Source: Candidatus Bathyarchaeota archaeon
GTDB lineage: Archaea > Thermoproteota > Bathyarchaeia > Bathyarchaeales > Bathycorpusculaceae
DNA length: 64,000 bases
Direction of reading: 5' to 3'
Assembly (NCBI GenBank): GCA_026014485.1
Contig: JAOZIE010000008.1
Location: forward strand, 160,716 to 224,715
The notes beneath the pieces are model-generated. The model had not been told where the DNA came from, ran no database searches, and saw only the letters and a list, made by a program, of their open reading frames with translations. Position 1 is the first letter of the stretch. Each line of letters opens with the position of its first letter. Positions 19,513-30,400 of this stretch are shown piece after piece. A program made the position numbers and the translations under genes.

Positions 19513-21066
19513 GTGAGAGATGTAAAATGGGGTATTGCTTTATCCAACCCTGATCCTTTCCCGAGCAAAATACGAATTTTTGACACCACCCTCCGCGACG
19601 GTGAACAAACTCCCGGAGTCTCCTTGACTCCTGAAAACAAGCTTCGAATCGCCAAGCGCCTAGACAATTTAGGCGTGGATGTCATTGAAGCTGGGTTTGC
19701 AGCGGTTTCTGAAGGTGAAATGGAAGCCGTCAAACTCATCGCCGATGCTGGCTTGCAAGCGGAAATTTGTAGCGCTGCCCGAGGTACCCGAGGCGACATC
19801 GACGCGGTGGCGAAGAGCGGAGCCGACAGCATCCACCTGATTATTCCCGTTTCAGACCTGCACATCGAAGCTAAGTTGAAGAAGACCCGTGAGCAGGTGC
19901 TCCAGATAACCCGTGACATGGTGAAACATGCCAAAGACAGTGGCTTAACCGTTGAGCTTTCAGCGGAGGATGCCACACGCGCAGACCGCGAATACCTCAA
20001 AAAGGTTTTCTCCACAGGTGTTGAGGCTGGCGCGGACCGCGTGGTTGCCTGTGACACTGTGGGCGTGTTGACTCCTGAACGCAGCTACGACCTATTTAGG
20101 GACCTGCGTCAATCGCTGGATGTCCCCGTGGTCAGCGTGCACTGCCACAACGACTTCGGCATGGCAGTAGCTAACACTGTCGCGGCTCTGCGGGCAGGCG
20201 CAAACCAGTTCCATGCTACCATAAACGGCTTGGGCGAACGTGCAGGAAACGCTTCGCTGGAGGAGATTGTGGTTACATTGCACAACCTCTACGGCTTGAA
20301 GCTCGACATCAAACTGCAGCAGCTATACAGCATTTCCCAGTTGGTTTCACGTTTAACAGGTATCTACGTGCAGCCCAACAAGGCAATCGTGGGCGAGAAC
20401 GCCTTCACGCACGAGTCAGGCATCCACACCCAGGGCATGCTCGCGCACACATCCACGTATGAGGCGATAAATCCTGAACTGGTCGGCGGCACCCGACGGT
20501 TAGCTTCTGGCAAACATTCAGGCTCTGCAGGCGTTAGAGCAACTTTGTCCGCTATGGGTTTAACGCCGACCGAGGAACAGTTCGCGGAGCTTTTCCAACG
20601 TGTCAAAGCAGCAGGCGACAAAGGCAAAATAGTGACCGACGCGGATTTGCTGGCTATCGCTGAAAGCGTGCTTGGACTAAGCAAAAAGAAGCCTATCCAG
20701 CTACTGGAGATTACGGTAGTCAGCGGCAACACCGTGACGGCGACGGCTTCAGTGAGGCTGAAGCTGAACGGCAAAGAAGTCAACGGCGCAGCCATAGGCG
20801 TCGGACCCGTAGATGCGGCTATAAACGCAGTTAAAAAAGCCATCCAAGAAGTGGAACCCATTAATCTAGAGCAGTACAACGTCAAAGCAATTACAGGCGG
20901 AACCGATGCCATGGTGGAAGTGATGGTTCGCATGCGCAAAGGCAACCGCACAGCAACCGCCATGGGCGTCCGCGAAGACATAGTTATGGCAAGCATGGAC
21001 GCGGTAATTAGCGGCATGAACGTGCTGATAGCCTACAACGGCAACGGCGCCCCAAAACCAAGCTGA
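19513..21066 (+). CDS. cimA: (R)-citramalate synthase / 2-isopropylmalate synthase family enzyme with regulatory domain
   Basis: DTTLRDGEQTPGVSL, SIHLIIP, ELSAEDATR, HCHND, GVGPVDA; resembles archaeal CimA more than LeuA, but LeuA is not excluded. Confidence 0.7.
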   Translation: MRDVKWGIALSNPDPFPSKIRIFDTTLRDGEQTPGVSLTPENKLRIAKRLDNLGVDVIEAGFAAVSEGEMEAVKLIADAGLQAEICSAARGTRGDIDAVAKSGADSIHLIIPVSDLHIEAKLKKTREQVLQITRDMVKHAKDSGLTVELSAEDATRADREYLKKVFSTGVEAGADRVVACDTVGVLTPERSYDLFRDLRQSLDVPVVSVHCHNDFGMAVANTVAALRAGANQFHATINGLGERAGNASLEEIVVTLHNLYGLKLDIKLQQLYSISQLVSRLTGIYVQPNKAIVGENAFTHESGIHTQGMLAHTSTYEAINPELVGGTRRLASGKHSGSAGVRATLSAMGLTPTEEQFAELFQRVKAAGDKGKIVTDADLLAIAESVLGLSKKKPIQLLEITVVSGNTVTATASVRLKLNGKEVNGAAIGVGPVDAAINAVKKAIQEVEPINLEQYNVKAITGGTDAMVEVMVRMRKGNRTATAMGVREDIVMASMDAVISGMNVLIAYNGNGAPKPS

Positions 21067-21107
21067 GAACCCAAAAGCTCTCCAACCGCCCCTCTCTTTC
21101 CTTTTTG

Positions 21108-23084
21108 TTAGTTTCTGTGCACCCGTTTTTTTGCGGCTACCGCCGTCAGCGTCACCACCGCTATAACTGCCAACGCAGTTGCCACTGGAAACTCAGGTAT
21201 TACCGCTACGTTGCTGTTTGGATGCTGGTAGCTTACGTAAACGTAGGTGTTCTGGCTGTCTGTCCAGTTCGTAAACGACTGAGGCTCACCGTTCAGCACG
21301 ACCGTGTAGTTGTTTTCCCAGTTGTCTTGGATGACACGGTTGGGGATGGTTATCCTGCAGAAACCCACGGTGCCTTCAGCGCCTGAAGCAGTGAAGCTTA
21401 TCGTGTTCGCCGAAACCTCCACGTTACTGAGTGTGCTGTTGCTTTCTAACTCCACGTACACGGGGTTTCCGTTTGTGGTGCCTGCATCAAAAATCTGAAT
21501 GGGTGCTGCAAGCGGGTAGAAGTCCCAGTGAATGTATGCTTCATCGATTATTCCGTCGCTGCCAAGTTGCCCCTGCGAGACTCCCATGTGAAAGTCGGCG
21601 CCGTTGAAGCTTCCCCAGTAGTTGCCGCCTGATGGGTACGTGATGTTCCAGCCGTTTGCCGTGAAGTTGCCCACGGATATGCTGTTGCTTATGAAGTTGT
21701 TGTTGTAGATGGCGTCGTTAGTTGTGTCCAGCAGGTGTAGGGTTTGCGAGTTATGTGTCATGTTGTTGCCTATGATGGTGTTGCCGCTGGAGTGTTCTAG
21801 CCAGATACTGTTTGTTCCAACTGACAGGTTGTTGCCGATGATTGTCGCGTCGGAGGATTCGTAGACTCGGATGCCTGTCGAGTACTGTTGGATGTCGTTG
21901 AAGGTGACGGTGTTGCTGTTTGATTGGTTAACCATGAAGATTGTGTCGCCGTTTTCTCTGAAGGTATTGTGGGTGATCAGCGAGTCTGTGGTGTGTGCAA
22001 GAAGCAGCCCGTACAGATTGTTGGTTAACGTCATTCCCTGAACGGTGGCGTTCCTGCAGTTTATCAACGCAAGGTAACCGACTTTGGGGTAGGTGGTTGG
22101 GTTTACGTTGAAGTTCTCCTGATTTGTAATATAGTAGATTGGCTTGCCGTTTGCCGTGTTGGTTGTGTCAATGTCTAAGGCGAAGTCGTCAAGGTTGTAG
22201 CCGAACACCCCGAAAGCATACGTTGAATTGGTGATTTTGTTGTTCCGCAGCAATGAACCGGGTGCCTCGCTGATGCTGATGCCCCTCCAGCCGTCAGTTA
22301 CTTCGTTGTTGACTAATACGGTGTTGGGTGACTTTTCGATTTTTATGGCTTGGTTAATGTTGATGGTAAGTTTGTTGTTGGAGAGGGTGTTGTTGGCTGA
22401 GTTGGTGAGGATTATTCCGTTGTCTGGGTTGGATATGTCGTTGCCGTCGATGAGTATGTCATTTATCCTGTCAAGAATTATGCAGTAGGATAGGTAGTTG
22501 TTTTCTATGACGTTTTCAGATATGGTTCCGCCTGTAACTGAGGCAAACCTGATGCAGATGCTCCCAATGGCAGTGAAGGTGTTTTCGAATATGCTTATAT
22601 TCGTGCATGATTCAGCTTGAATCCCTGCGTCTTCGTTGCTGATTACATTATTGCTGATTACACAGTTTGCTGCACCCACTACATGCACGCCATAACGAAA
22701 GCCAGCAGCGTTTTTTATAGTTAGGTTGGCTATCAAGACGTTGTCCGCAGCGACTTCAAACACGTTTCCTTCCCCTTGAGAGTTAATAGGTGGAGATTCT
22801 TCAATGCCAATAACTGAAGTCGTCGAGGGGGAATCGCCGATTATCGACACTGACTTGTTAACAAACACGTTTTCGTAGTATCTTCCCGAAGAAACAAGGA
22901 TAGTGTCGCCGTTGCCCGCTGCATCTACAGCTGACTGGATGCTGAGGTATTGGTCTGGAACCCGCAAAACCCCCGAATCGGCACGGGCAGGGCTAAAGGT
23001 AGGCGCTGAACAAAAGAAACCGATTACGAGTAAACAAAGCAGGCGCGCAAGAACTTTTTTGGGATCCCCAAAAGTCCTTTGCAT
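21108..23084 (-). CDS. Secreted NosD/pectin-lyase-like right-handed beta-helix protein with PEF-CTERM sorting signal
   Basis: VPDQYLSIQSAVDAA, Asn-rich beta-helix repeats, GNYW, IPEF + TM + KKR. Confidence 0.85.
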   Translation of the reverse strand: MQRTFGDPKKVLARLLCLLVIGFFCSAPTFSPARADSGVLRVPDQYLSIQSAVDAAGNGDTILVSSGRYYENVFVNKSVSIIGDSPSTTSVIGIEESPPINSQGEGNVFEVAADNVLIANLTIKNAAGFRYGVHVVGAANCVISNNVISNEDAGIQAESCTNISIFENTFTAIGSICIRFASVTGGTISENVIENNYLSYCIILDRINDILIDGNDISNPDNGIILTNSANNTLSNNKLTININQAIKIEKSPNTVLVNNEVTDGWRGISISEAPGSLLRNNKITNSTYAFGVFGYNLDDFALDIDTTNTANGKPIYYITNQENFNVNPTTYPKVGYLALINCRNATVQGMTLTNNLYGLLLAHTTDSLITHNTFRENGDTIFMVNQSNSNTVTFNDIQQYSTGIRVYESSDATIIGNNLSVGTNSIWLEHSSGNTIIGNNMTHNSQTLHLLDTTNDAIYNNNFISNSISVGNFTANGWNITYPSGGNYWGSFNGADFHMGVSQGQLGSDGIIDEAYIHWDFYPLAAPIQIFDAGTTNGNPVYVELESNSTLSNVEVSANTISFTASGAEGTVGFCRITIPNRVIQDNWENNYTVVLNGEPQSFTNWTDSQNTYVYVSYQHPNSNVAVIPEFPVATALAVIAVVTLTAVAAKKRVHRN

Positions 23085-23247
23085 GACTAATTATGTCCTA
23101 GCAGCTAATATAAACTTGGCGAAAAAGCCAGCAACACACTATCCCGCCATTAATGGCGAATTCGGCTTCTGTTGCGCGGTTGGTTTATTGGGTTTATTGT
23201 GAAAAGTCTTAAAAACCCATTAAGTGTAAGAGGGTGTCTGATGCAAC

Positions 23248-24456
23248 TTGGCTGATGTCGTCACTTCGGCACTTATGATAAGTGCCTTCGTAATCATAAT
23301 TGGTTTCGTAGCGGACTACCTGTTCAAGAGGACACGTGTTCCCGACATGCTTGTCCTGATTTTTGTGGGTGCCCTTGCGGGTCCAATTTTGGGTGCTTTT
23401 GAGCCCTCTGCAGTCATGGGCTTTGCGCCCTACATTTCTGCTTTGGCGCTGGTTTATATCCTGTTCGACGGCGGCATGGGCTTAAGCATCCACAAGGCTC
23501 TATCGCATAGTCCCCGCGCGTTAGTTTTAGCTACGTTAAGTTTCGTCTTCAGCATCCTCACTACAACTTTGATTATGGTGGTGGCTTTCGGAGTGCCCTT
23601 GCTGTACGGCTTACTCTTCGGAAGCATATATGGGGGAAGCAGCTCAATTGTGGTGATTTCCCTTGCATCCAAAATAAAACTCAGCGAAAAAGCTTCCACC
23701 ACCCTGATTTTAGAGTCGGCAATAACCGACATTCTCTGCATCGTTGTCAGTTTAGCCATAATCGGATTCATAGTCACTGGACAAACCAACTACGCTTCTG
23801 TTGCGGTAGGCATCGGAGGCAAATTCTTAATCGGCGCCGGCATCGGCGTGTTCGTTGGTCTCATTTGGCTACTGATGATGAGGCGCGTAACCTCCCTTCC
23901 CTTCTCCTACATACTGACCTTGGCGGTGGTGCTGTTTGCCTACGCCTTTTCTGAAAGCCTTGGCGGAAGCGGCGCTTTAAGTTCTTTGCTTTTCGGTTTG
24001 GTTCTGGGCAACGAACAGCAGATTCTTAATTTCTTTAAGCTGAGCGGTAACGGCGAGGTGGCGGTAAGCGAAGGCTTGCGGCGGTTCGAATCGGAGATTG
24101 CTTTCCTCATCCGAACCTTCTTCTTCGTCTTCTTAGGCATAATAGCCTCAACCTCCAGCATTACGCTCTTGTTCGTGGGCATCGTGTTGTCGCTTACCCT
24201 GTTTGTTGTGAGGTACGGTGCGGTCTGGCTTGCCACCATCAAAAGCGAGTTGCGGGCTGAATCCAAACTGATAACTTCAATTCTCACCCGCGGTTTAGCC
24301 GCCGCTGTGCTGTCCACGCTGCCTGCTCAGTATGGACTTGAGCACTCAGACCTGTTCGTTAACACCGCAGTGGTAGTTATTGTAACAACAGCCATAATCG
24401 CAACCGTAGGCGTCATCGTCATCCCCCGCAGGCAGAAAAACCAAATGCAAACCTAA
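23248..24456 (+). CDS. Cation:proton antiporter (NhaP/CPA1 type)
   Basis: Multiple TM helices; ILFDGG, ESAITD, FFFVFLG, RGLAAAVL. Confidence 0.88.
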   Translation: MADVVTSALMISAFVIIIGFVADYLFKRTRVPDMLVLIFVGALAGPILGAFEPSAVMGFAPYISALALVYILFDGGMGLSIHKALSHSPRALVLATLSFVFSILTTTLIMVVAFGVPLLYGLLFGSIYGGSSSIVVISLASKIKLSEKASTTLILESAITDILCIVVSLAIIGFIVTGQTNYASVAVGIGGKFLIGAGIGVFVGLIWLLMMRRVTSLPFSYILTLAVVLFAYAFSESLGGSGALSSLLFGLVLGNEQQILNFFKLSGNGEVAVSEGLRRFESEIAFLIRTFFFVFLGIIASTSSITLLFVGIVLSLTLFVVRYGAVWLATIKSELRAESKLITSILTRGLAAAVLSTLPAQYGLEHSDLFVNTAVVVIVTTAIIATVGVIVIPRRQKNQMQT

Positions 24457-24568
24457 AAAACCAAAACCCCCTTTTCCACAGCTTTTCTCCAACCCCACAT
24501 TGCTTCCTGAATTGCATCTTTTTTAGAGAGCGCTTTGTATTCACTTGTAAAACAAGAAGGCTAACTGG

Positions 24569-25447
24569 ATGGCAGACCGCCCACGTTTTGGTCCCGCAGG
24601 GGTTCCCCACATGTTTAGGTTAAAGGGTGCAAAGCTAGTTGATGTGCCCAAGTTGTTGCGGATAGAGGAGCTGGATGCATTTGAATACGCGGCGGTGCGG
24701 TGGGGGCAGGTACCGCAGATGAAGCGGGAAGACGCCCAAGCTCTACGTGAAGAAGCCAAACGAAACGATGTGTTGCTCAGCCTCCACGGGTCATACTTCA
24801 TTAACCTGCTAGGCGAAAAAGAGGTGTTTGAAGCCAGTAAACGGAGGCTAATTGCCTGTGCCCAAGCCGCAGAATGGATGGGCGCCTACGTGGTAGTTTT
24901 CCACGCGGGGTTCTACGGCAAAAACGGCAAAACGGAAGCCCTCAAAAAATGCATATCCGCAGTGAAAGAGGTTTCCGCAGACTTGAAGTCTATAGGCATA
25001 GAAAACGTGAAGCTGGGTCCAGAGACGATGGGGCGACACAGCCAGTTCGGCAGCTTAGACGAAATTTTTGCGGTCTGCCAAGAAGTAGAAGACACCCAGT
25101 TGGTGATTGACTGGTCGCATCTGCACGCGCGAACTGGAGGCGGACTCCGCTCGGCGGAGGACTTCCGAAAGGTAGTTGTAGCAGCCGAGGAAAAACTGGG
25201 CACAGCCGCCGTCAAGGACATGCATTGCCACTTCAGCAAAATCGAATTCACATACAAAAGCGGCGAAAGACGCCACCACATCTTAGACGAGCCCGGATAC
25301 GGACCTGAATTCGAAAAACTGGCGGAGGTCATAGTAGAATTCAAGCTCAGACCAGTCATGATATGCGAAACCGCCGTGCAGGACGTGGACGCGGCGAAGA
25401 TGAAGAAGATGCTGGCGAAAGCTCAAAACAAAATGGGCTCTCAGTAA
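24569..25447 (+). CDS. nfo: Endonuclease IV (AP endonuclease 2)
   Basis: H.SYFINL, VFHAG, GPETMG...QFG, IDWSH, HCHFS, E..H motifs. Confidence 0.88.
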   Translation: MADRPRFGPAGVPHMFRLKGAKLVDVPKLLRIEELDAFEYAAVRWGQVPQMKREDAQALREEAKRNDVLLSLHGSYFINLLGEKEVFEASKRRLIACAQAAEWMGAYVVVFHAGFYGKNGKTEALKKCISAVKEVSADLKSIGIENVKLGPETMGRHSQFGSLDEIFAVCQEVEDTQLVIDWSHLHARTGGGLRSAEDFRKVVVAAEEKLGTAAVKDMHCHFSKIEFTYKSGERRHHILDEPGYGPEFEKLAEVIVEFKLRPVMICETAVQDVDAAKMKKMLAKAQNKMGSQ

Positions 25448-25627
25448 GCGCGATTTGAGGCAAAACCCCTCTTTTTCTTGGACTGTGCTATCAGCTGGTA
25501 CGCCGCTGAGAACCTGCCACTTCTACTGTGCTAATTTCTGTCTTTTCCATGTTTACTTAACTAAACAAAAATGCGAATTCCACTTCTCAACAATTATTAT
25601 CTATCAAAAAACTATGTTATGTGTAGC

Positions 25628-25698
25628 TTAGGGTGCCAAGCTTGAGATCTCTGCCCCAACAGCGACACTTCCCCCAAGTGCAAGCTTTTGCACCCTAA
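25628..25698. ncRNA. Candidate structured intergenic RNA (long closing stem plus inner hairpins)
   Basis: TTAGGGTGC/GCACCCTAA and AAGCTTG/CAAGCTT pair; inner CACTT/AAGTG hairpin; non-coding context. Confidence 0.35.
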
Positions 25699-25750
25699 CG
25701 CTCCCCACCCCTTAAGCTAATTTTTAGCTGGTGATTTGGCTGTTCAGGGT

Positions 25751-26293
25751 CTAGCGTAGCGGGATTTCCCAGTAGCTGATGATGTCGCCTTTTACCCATC
25801 TGCCGCCTAGGCTTCTTACTGTGTCGTTGATGTCGTCCCATTCTGCCTTCAAGAATTTTATGGGTTTTACCACGACGAATTCTCCGTCAACAGAGAAACT
25901 AAGCAGTTTACGCTGCTCATCAGTGAATTCTTCCTCCATCAACCCTGTATCCTTTTTAGAGCTAACCTGCTTGGTGACAACAGGCTTCGGCGTTGACGGT
26001 TGTGCTGCTGGCTTCATCTCCGCTTTAGGCGCTGGAACAACGGCGGAGGGCGTGTTTGTCTCAGTTTTTGGGGTCGCCGAGTAAGTTAAGTTGAATTCTG
26101 GAATCGGATACGCGTCTGCAACGTCTTCGAAGCTGTCGCTTCTAACAACTGCCAGAACTTGACCCGAAAACATGTCGAATTTTATGTCCATAAGCTCAAC
26201 GTCGCTTGGCAGATTCGCCGGTAAAGACGTAGGTTTTCCCTGCAGCCTCTCCATGAGACATTCAGGGGTCAATTTTATGAGTCTCATCTTCAT
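25751..26293 (-). CDS. Hypothetical protein, two small domains joined by a Pro/Ala/Lys linker
   Basis: 180-aa ORF with protein-like composition filling the space between genes. Confidence 0.7.
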   Translation of the reverse strand: MKMRLIKLTPECLMERLQGKPTSLPANLPSDVELMDIKFDMFSGQVLAVVRSDSFEDVADAYPIPEFNLTYSATPKTETNTPSAVVPAPKAEMKPAAQPSTPKPVVTKQVSSKKDTGLMEEEFTDEQRKLLSFSVDGEFVVVKPIKFLKAEWDDINDTVRSLGGRWVKGDIISYWEIPLR

Positions 26294-26457
26294 AACTCGC
26301 GCACTCCCGATGCTTCCAGAACAGTCGGCAAAACTTAAAAGCCTTGTTCAAACGCTGCGCATACCCGATGAGTGTTTGTTTTGAGCATGCAACGTTGGCT
26401 GGCGGAAAAAGAAAAAAGGTTATAGGCTGAATCTTTTCATAATCCAAGGTACCCACA

Positions 26458-27198
26458 GTGTGCTGTGAGACTTTGAGAGACCCAAACAAAAACCCGTTGC
26501 TGTCAAGCATACTCGCCGCTGGCTTGGTAGCTATACTTTTTTGTAGCGCCTGTTTTTCTGTTCAAGCCCAATCCGTGGCTTCCTTTACGACAGCAGACCC
26601 GTTCGCCATCCCCGAGAAAAACAGCGCCATACACTTCGCCGTCAACGGCACCTACACCCAAGCAAGCCTCGAAAACGGCACATGGTTCTTCACAGACCTG
26701 CACCTAAACAATGCTGGGCCCGCGGGCACACTGGAAAGCTTCCAAGCCTCAGTTCAAGACTGCAACGTGATGATTTTGATGTGCCAAAGACTGAACTTTT
26801 CAAACACGGTGGTTAGACTCCGATATAATGTTACAGGAGCTGGTGTTCAGGCATTCAAGTTTGGGCTTAATCTGACGGGGGGTGACTGGATGGTTACCCT
26901 AAACAATGATTTTAAAGCGGAGAACGACGGATGGAGCGTTTTGCCTGACGGGACCTTAACTGTAACTGGCGCAACAGCCAACGTCTCCATATCATACTAT
27001 GTTTTTCCACACGACTTTGGTGGTCCAGATACTTCCGACCAGTCTTTCTTCCAGCAGCATTCCGTGTCAATCACGATAGGGGTTTCCGTGGCGGTAGCGG
27101 TCGTTTTAGCTGTGGGCATCAGAGTTAGGTCAGGAACAAATGAGCAAACAAAAGCTGACAGACAACAAGAAACCCGTTCCCAAGGGGTTTGCCGTTAA
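26458..27198 (+). CDS. Hypothetical secreted, membrane-anchored protein
   Basis: Signal peptide, beta-rich body with N-x-T/S sequons, C-terminal TM. Confidence 0.7.
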   Translation: MCCETLRDPNKNPLLSSILAAGLVAILFCSACFSVQAQSVASFTTADPFAIPEKNSAIHFAVNGTYTQASLENGTWFFTDLHLNNAGPAGTLESFQASVQDCNVMILMCQRLNFSNTVVRLRYNVTGAGVQAFKFGLNLTGGDWMVTLNNDFKAENDGWSVLPDGTLTVTGATANVSISYYVFPHDFGGPDTSDQSFFQQHSVSITIGVSVAVAVVLAVGIRVRSGTNEQTKADRQQETRSQGVCR

Positions 27199-27255
27199 AA
27201 TCGGATAGACTAATAAACCCACAGTCGAATAGGAGTAGCCTTAGGAAAAGAGAAA

Positions 27256-28476
27256 ATGCCTTGGATAGACTCCACAATTCTGATATTGCTGGTCTACGCG
27301 GCAGCGGTGGCAGTGGGCATTTTTGTCATTCTCAAGTTTACTAAAAATAAAACCCGAAAAGTCAGCAACCTTCGCCTTTTTGTTCAGTTCGTTGCCGTTA
27401 TAGCTGTATTTATGGGGCTTTTCATCGGTCCCTTCAACACGCCTCAATCCCCCTGGGCACCTTTGGGTCCAGCGCCTCGCGACAACCTCATCGGAGCCAA
27501 CTTTTTGGGGAACCAATTCCCCGACGGCCTCTCCGTTCCCATCCTTGCCTGCTATTATCCCTCTGGAAGAACGGTGACCTGCCCCATTTGGCAAATCCAA
27601 GCCTACATTTTCCCGTTCTGGGACGCTGGGGTAAGAGGCTACGGCGTTTTCTACACCACCACTGGGCTCGAAAAACTAGGTATCGTTCTCGGTTCCATCA
27701 TTGTGATGAGTCTTGTTTTGGGACGTTTCTTCTGTGGCTGGCTTTGCCCCTTTGGCTTATACATGGACCTGCTAACCCGCATCCGCAAAGCCTCTCGGCG
27801 GCGCCACTTAAGCTTCTCGGCTAAATCTAACGTGCGGCTCAGGCAATTCAGCTATATCATCATCGCAGTTTTCATTATCCTAAGCGTCATATTCGGCTCC
27901 CAAGCCATATTCGGCACCCAGATAATCCCCGGAACGGCTGTGGGTGGTCCGCAGGGAACCGAGGCAGGCATCACGGGACGCATAAATGAGCCCTTCTGTT
28001 TGGTTTGTCCAGTGCGACCGCTTTGTTCGCTTGCTGAATGCGCGGTGGGCTCCATGAGTTCTTCATACGTTTTCGGTTTAGTTGAGGGTCCTCTTGCAAT
28101 CTTCGGCTTCTACGTGAACTCCCCCAACTTAGTTGTCTTGGTTCTTGTGACGGTTTTGGCGTTGGCGTATCGGCGGTTTTGGTGCAGAATCTGCCCGTTG
28201 GGTGCGTTGACGGCGCTTTTCAGCACATTCAAACCGTTTAAGCAGATAGCAATGATGAAGCTGCAGAAAAACGAGGAAAAATGCACTAAATGCGGCGTCT
28301 GCAAACGCGTGTGCCCCACACAGGCTACAGACGTTTACGAGAAGAAAGGCGGAGACGTAACGGAATCCCGATGTATGCTGTGCGCTCGATGCGTAGAAAC
28401 GTGTCCCTATCCAGGAGCTTTAGAGTTGAAGTTTGCAGGAAAAACCGTGATGAAATCAAGAAACTGGCTTGAGTAA
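27256..28476 (+). CDS. Membrane 4Fe-4S binding protein (NapH/MauN-like)
   Basis: GRFFCGWLCPFG, RRFWCRICPLG, two C-terminal CxxCxxCxxxCP clusters, TM helices. Confidence 0.88.
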   Translation: MPWIDSTILILLVYAAAVAVGIFVILKFTKNKTRKVSNLRLFVQFVAVIAVFMGLFIGPFNTPQSPWAPLGPAPRDNLIGANFLGNQFPDGLSVPILACYYPSGRTVTCPIWQIQAYIFPFWDAGVRGYGVFYTTTGLEKLGIVLGSIIVMSLVLGRFFCGWLCPFGLYMDLLTRIRKASRRRHLSFSAKSNVRLRQFSYIIIAVFIILSVIFGSQAIFGTQIIPGTAVGGPQGTEAGITGRINEPFCLVCPVRPLCSLAECAVGSMSSSYVFGLVEGPLAIFGFYVNSPNLVVLVLVTVLALAYRRFWCRICPLGALTALFSTFKPFKQIAMMKLQKNEEKCTKCGVCKRVCPTQATDVYEKKGGDVTESRCMLCARCVETCPYPGALELKFAGKTVMKSRNWLE

Positions 28477-28532
28477 AAAAAGCCCAAACCGCTTAGAAGC
28501 AGACGCCTGGCAAGCGCGTAGTTGCTTAATGG

Positions 28533-29615
28533 CTATGCCGTTGGGTCTGCTTGCTCCTCCTCTTCTACTTCTTCAATGGTTCTGGAGTTTAGCACATTCT
28601 TTGCCCCAATCACCTGAAGACACGCGTAACCCACGATGAGGGGAAAATAGAAAGTTACTATTCTTACAATGACTGCAGCTACTCCGCTGGTTGCTGGGGG
28701 GATACCGTACAAAATGAAGATGTTGGTCAGAAGAATTTCTAAACCGCCCACTGAAAACGAGGCTGCCCCATCTTGAACCGCGCCCGCCAGAAAGTAGATA
28801 ACAATAAAAAAATCAAGGGGTAGCATGCCTAATCCGAGGGAGTGGAAAACCAGAATATACACAAGGAAATTCAAACTGAACGATACTGCGCTGAATATGA
28901 CGGGTGCCACGAGGTAATGGGGGTTGGCGCCGAAAAACTTGAAGCCTTCGTTGAAACGTGATAGAAACCTGAAGACTCTGTTTGACATTTCTTCGAAGTT
29001 GTGTTTAAGCCGCAAACCCCGCAGTAATCGCATCAGGGCAGACACAATTTTTCTTGCTGCGTTCTCTTTCACGGATACAAACCACAAAAGCGCAAACAAG
29101 GCCAACGCTCCAAACCACACAGCCATCAGAAGACCTGACGCGAAATAGGGAACCGTTTGGGTTACCAGCAGAAACCCTGTGCCTAAAGATAACCCGCCAA
29201 CCACTACACCGTAGACTATTACGCGGTTGGTGATTCCTGCGGCGGCGATTACTCCGTAGGTGCTTAGTGTGTCTCCGCGGACAAAGAATGCTCTTGTGAC
29301 TTCGCCAACTACGCCTGGGCTGGGAACGATGCGGTCAACGAAATCTCCCGCCATGTAGTACAGAAAAGTCTTTCTGAAACCCAGATTCATCGATAAAGCT
29401 CTCAGAAGAACCAGCCAAGAGGCAGTCCAGAGAATCATAACCAGCAGCATTGTTCCAAAGCTTAGGCTGTAGTAAAGCAGGAAAGACGAAAAGTTTAGGG
29501 TTTCAAGCACCGTAGCCAATCTGTCGATGCCAATTGAGAAGTATATGTAAAATGCAAACGCAACCGAGCCAAGAATCATGAAAAAGAGCATGCGCCGCGG
29601 AGTTAGATACTTCAA
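28533..29615 (-). CDS. Flippase-like UPF0104 / lysylphosphatidylglycerol synthase TM-domain protein
   Basis: Polytopic; P...GE.TR motif, GGLEI, R..TFY.PL. Confidence 0.8.
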   Translation of the reverse strand: MKYLTPRRMLFFMILGSVAFAFYIYFSIGIDRLATVLETLNFSSFLLYYSLSFGTMLLVMILWTASWLVLLRALSMNLGFRKTFLYYMAGDFVDRIVPSPGVVGEVTRAFFVRGDTLSTYGVIAAAGITNRVIVYGVVVGGLSLGTGFLLVTQTVPYFASGLLMAVWFGALALFALLWFVSVKENAARKIVSALMRLLRGLRLKHNFEEMSNRVFRFLSRFNEGFKFFGANPHYLVAPVIFSAVSFSLNFLVYILVFHSLGLGMLPLDFFIVIYFLAGAVQDGAASFSVGGLEILLTNIFILYGIPPATSGVAAVIVRIVTFYFPLIVGYACLQVIGAKNVLNSRTIEEVEEEEQADPTA

Positions 29616-29903
29616 TATTGATGACAGCTTGTCTGTGCCTCCGTGAATCTGAACCTTTCTTGTTTCTGAGACATGAAAAATTATCCTGCTGGGCAGTGAC
29701 TATCTGAATGTTGCTCTTGTTTGGTTTTAAGCGTTTTGCTCCTGTTTAGTTCCTTGCCCCCTCTTTTGTTTTCTGTGCGTTGCGCTGCATGCTTAAGTTA
29801 CAGTTCTACACACCTTCTTTTGTTTGTTTCCTAAACGAAAAATATTAATATCGTTTATGTAATCAACTATTGCTTAGTCAATTATACAAAAAGGTTAACC
29901 AAC

Positions 29904-30278
29904 ATGACTAAACGAATTATAGTGCCCGCCGTAGACCAATCGGGCTTAGATGCACAAGTTGCACAGCACTTCGGAAGAGCTCCCTTCTTTGCGGTTGTGG
30001 ATTTAGATGAAAACGGAAACGTCCTAAACGTCAAAACCGAAGCAAACACAGGCGAACACACAGGCGGCGTTGGAAGCCCCCACGACATCCTTCTCTCGTT
30101 GAAACCCGATGCAATCGCAGTTTTCGGGATGGGTCCCCGCGGTTTACTAAGCTTTGAAAATGCAGGCGCAACCGTATTGAAAGCTGAAGGAACCACCGTC
30201 AAGGAAGTAATAGCTGCGTTCAAAGCAGGCAAACTGGGAAAGGTTGAAGGCGGCTGCGAACACGCCCACCATCACTAG
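29904..30278 (+). CDS. NifB/NifX-family (dinitrogenase FeMo-cofactor-like) protein
   Basis: HFGRAPFF, GMGP, C-terminal CEHAHHH. Confidence 0.85.
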   Translation: MTKRIIVPAVDQSGLDAQVAQHFGRAPFFAVVDLDENGNVLNVKTEANTGEHTGGVGSPHDILLSLKPDAIAVFGMGPRGLLSFENAGATVLKAEGTTVKEVIAAFKAGKLGKVEGGCEHAHHH

Positions 30279-30400
30279 CTCTGGCAGGCACTCTTAAATC
30301 TAAACTTACGCAAAAGGCTACTGATTAAAGACTGCCTAAAGTTAAGGCAATTTGGATAGAAAATATCAAATTGAACGTGGATAACTAAACTCCTATAGAG

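Noticed and set aside
17853..21017. Long antisense ORFs over ilvD and cimA (similar ones occur elsewhere)
   Set aside because: Shadow frames of well-supported genes with no motifs of their own
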